Shown piece after piece: positions 63,562 to 64,000 of a stretch of 64,000 nt of DNA. Source of the DNA: Sulfolobales archaeon HS-7 (GTDB lineage Archaea; Thermoproteota; Thermoprotei_A; Sulfolobales; Sulfolobaceae); contig AP024596.1 of assembly GCA_019704295.1 (NCBI GenBank), positions 160,001 through 224,000 on the forward strand. Reading direction: 5' to 3'. Within the stretch, counting starts at the first letter, position 1. The number at the start of each line of letters is the position of its first letter. The translations under genes and the position numbers were made by a program. A model generated the notes under the pieces. The model worked only from the letters and a program-made list of their open reading frames with translations, ran no database searches and was not told where the DNA came from.

Positions 63562-63998
63562 TATGTGTTCTTACCGTCCTTTTTCCTAAATATCAGCAAA
63601 ATTATTACTTCGGCGATAACTACGGCAGCAACTAATTCATAGAACTTTTTAAAATAGTCTGATTGAATTACCGTTGTAACAACTGTAGTGACTTCGTGAA
63701 GAGTTATAAACGTTTCGTCAGGCAGTACAATGGTTTTGGTTTGAGTTACGGTTTCCGTTATAGTTTTTGTAACGGTTAATGTTAAGATCGACGCGTTAGT
63801 TGAACTCGTCAATGTGGAAGTAGAGCTAGTAGTGGTCGTAATGTTTTTGGACGTACTTCCGTTAATAAGGATAGGTTCGTATGAACCGTTAATTAGGGTA
63901 AATACGTACTCCTCTTGGGGAACCCAGAAGTTATTACTCCCGTATATACGCACTTCCGAAACCACGTGATAAAGCTTCTGTAGTTTGAACTGCGTTAC
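63561..63998 (-). CDS. C-terminal part of a surface protein (Thr-rich linker + C-terminal TM), 5' end outside window
   Basis: Frame open to the window edge; TTTTSSTST linker, TM helix and basic tail. Confidence 0.75.
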   Translation of the reverse strand, partial: VTQFKLQKLYHVVSEVRIYGSNNFWVPQEEYVFTLINGSYEPILINGSTSKNITTTTSSTSTLTSSTNASILTLTVTKTITETVTQTKTIVLPDETFITLHEVTTVVTTVIQSDYFKKFYELVAAVVIAEVIILLIFRKKDGKNT

Positions 63999-64000
63999 GT

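Overview
This is an AT-rich (roughly 40% GC) archaeal chromosomal segment. Gene content points to Sulfolobales: a SoxABC quinol oxidase with divergent Rieske soxL, a short rubrerythrin (sulerythrin-type), and IS607/ISH3-like remnants. Core blocks are the sox respiratory locus, photolyase/thiD/rbsK, ADP-forming acyl-CoA synthetase, a hydroxyaromatic catabolism operon, a TusA-SQR-DsrE-DUF1641 sulfur module, rubrerythrin-FeS-DUF3501, a BtuCDF/FecBCD-type ABC importer and peptidases. No rRNA, tRNA or CRISPR array was found. Several signals are not in the ORF track. (1) A family of about 160-bp MITE-like repeats (GGGCGATT...AATCGCCC ends, one clean 8-bp target duplication) occurs 11 times; subtype A repeatedly abuts or interrupts subtype C, and same-orientation copies bracket accessory genes and a vapBC pair. 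(2) A perfect 197-bp inverted repeat flanks a 1.58-kb segment carrying a surface-protein gene. (3) An orphan Csx1-like CARF-HEPN gene has an altered DxTHG motif. (4) Orphan tnpB 3'-end (omegaRNA-like) fragments are present. (5) Two genes probably start at non-canonical codons (ACG for vapC, ATA for the DUF1404 gene), the HEPN gene carries a nonsense codon, and an unannotated 49-aa membrane peptide follows soxL. (6) Several palindromic operator candidates are visible. All assignments are by eye; no searches were run.
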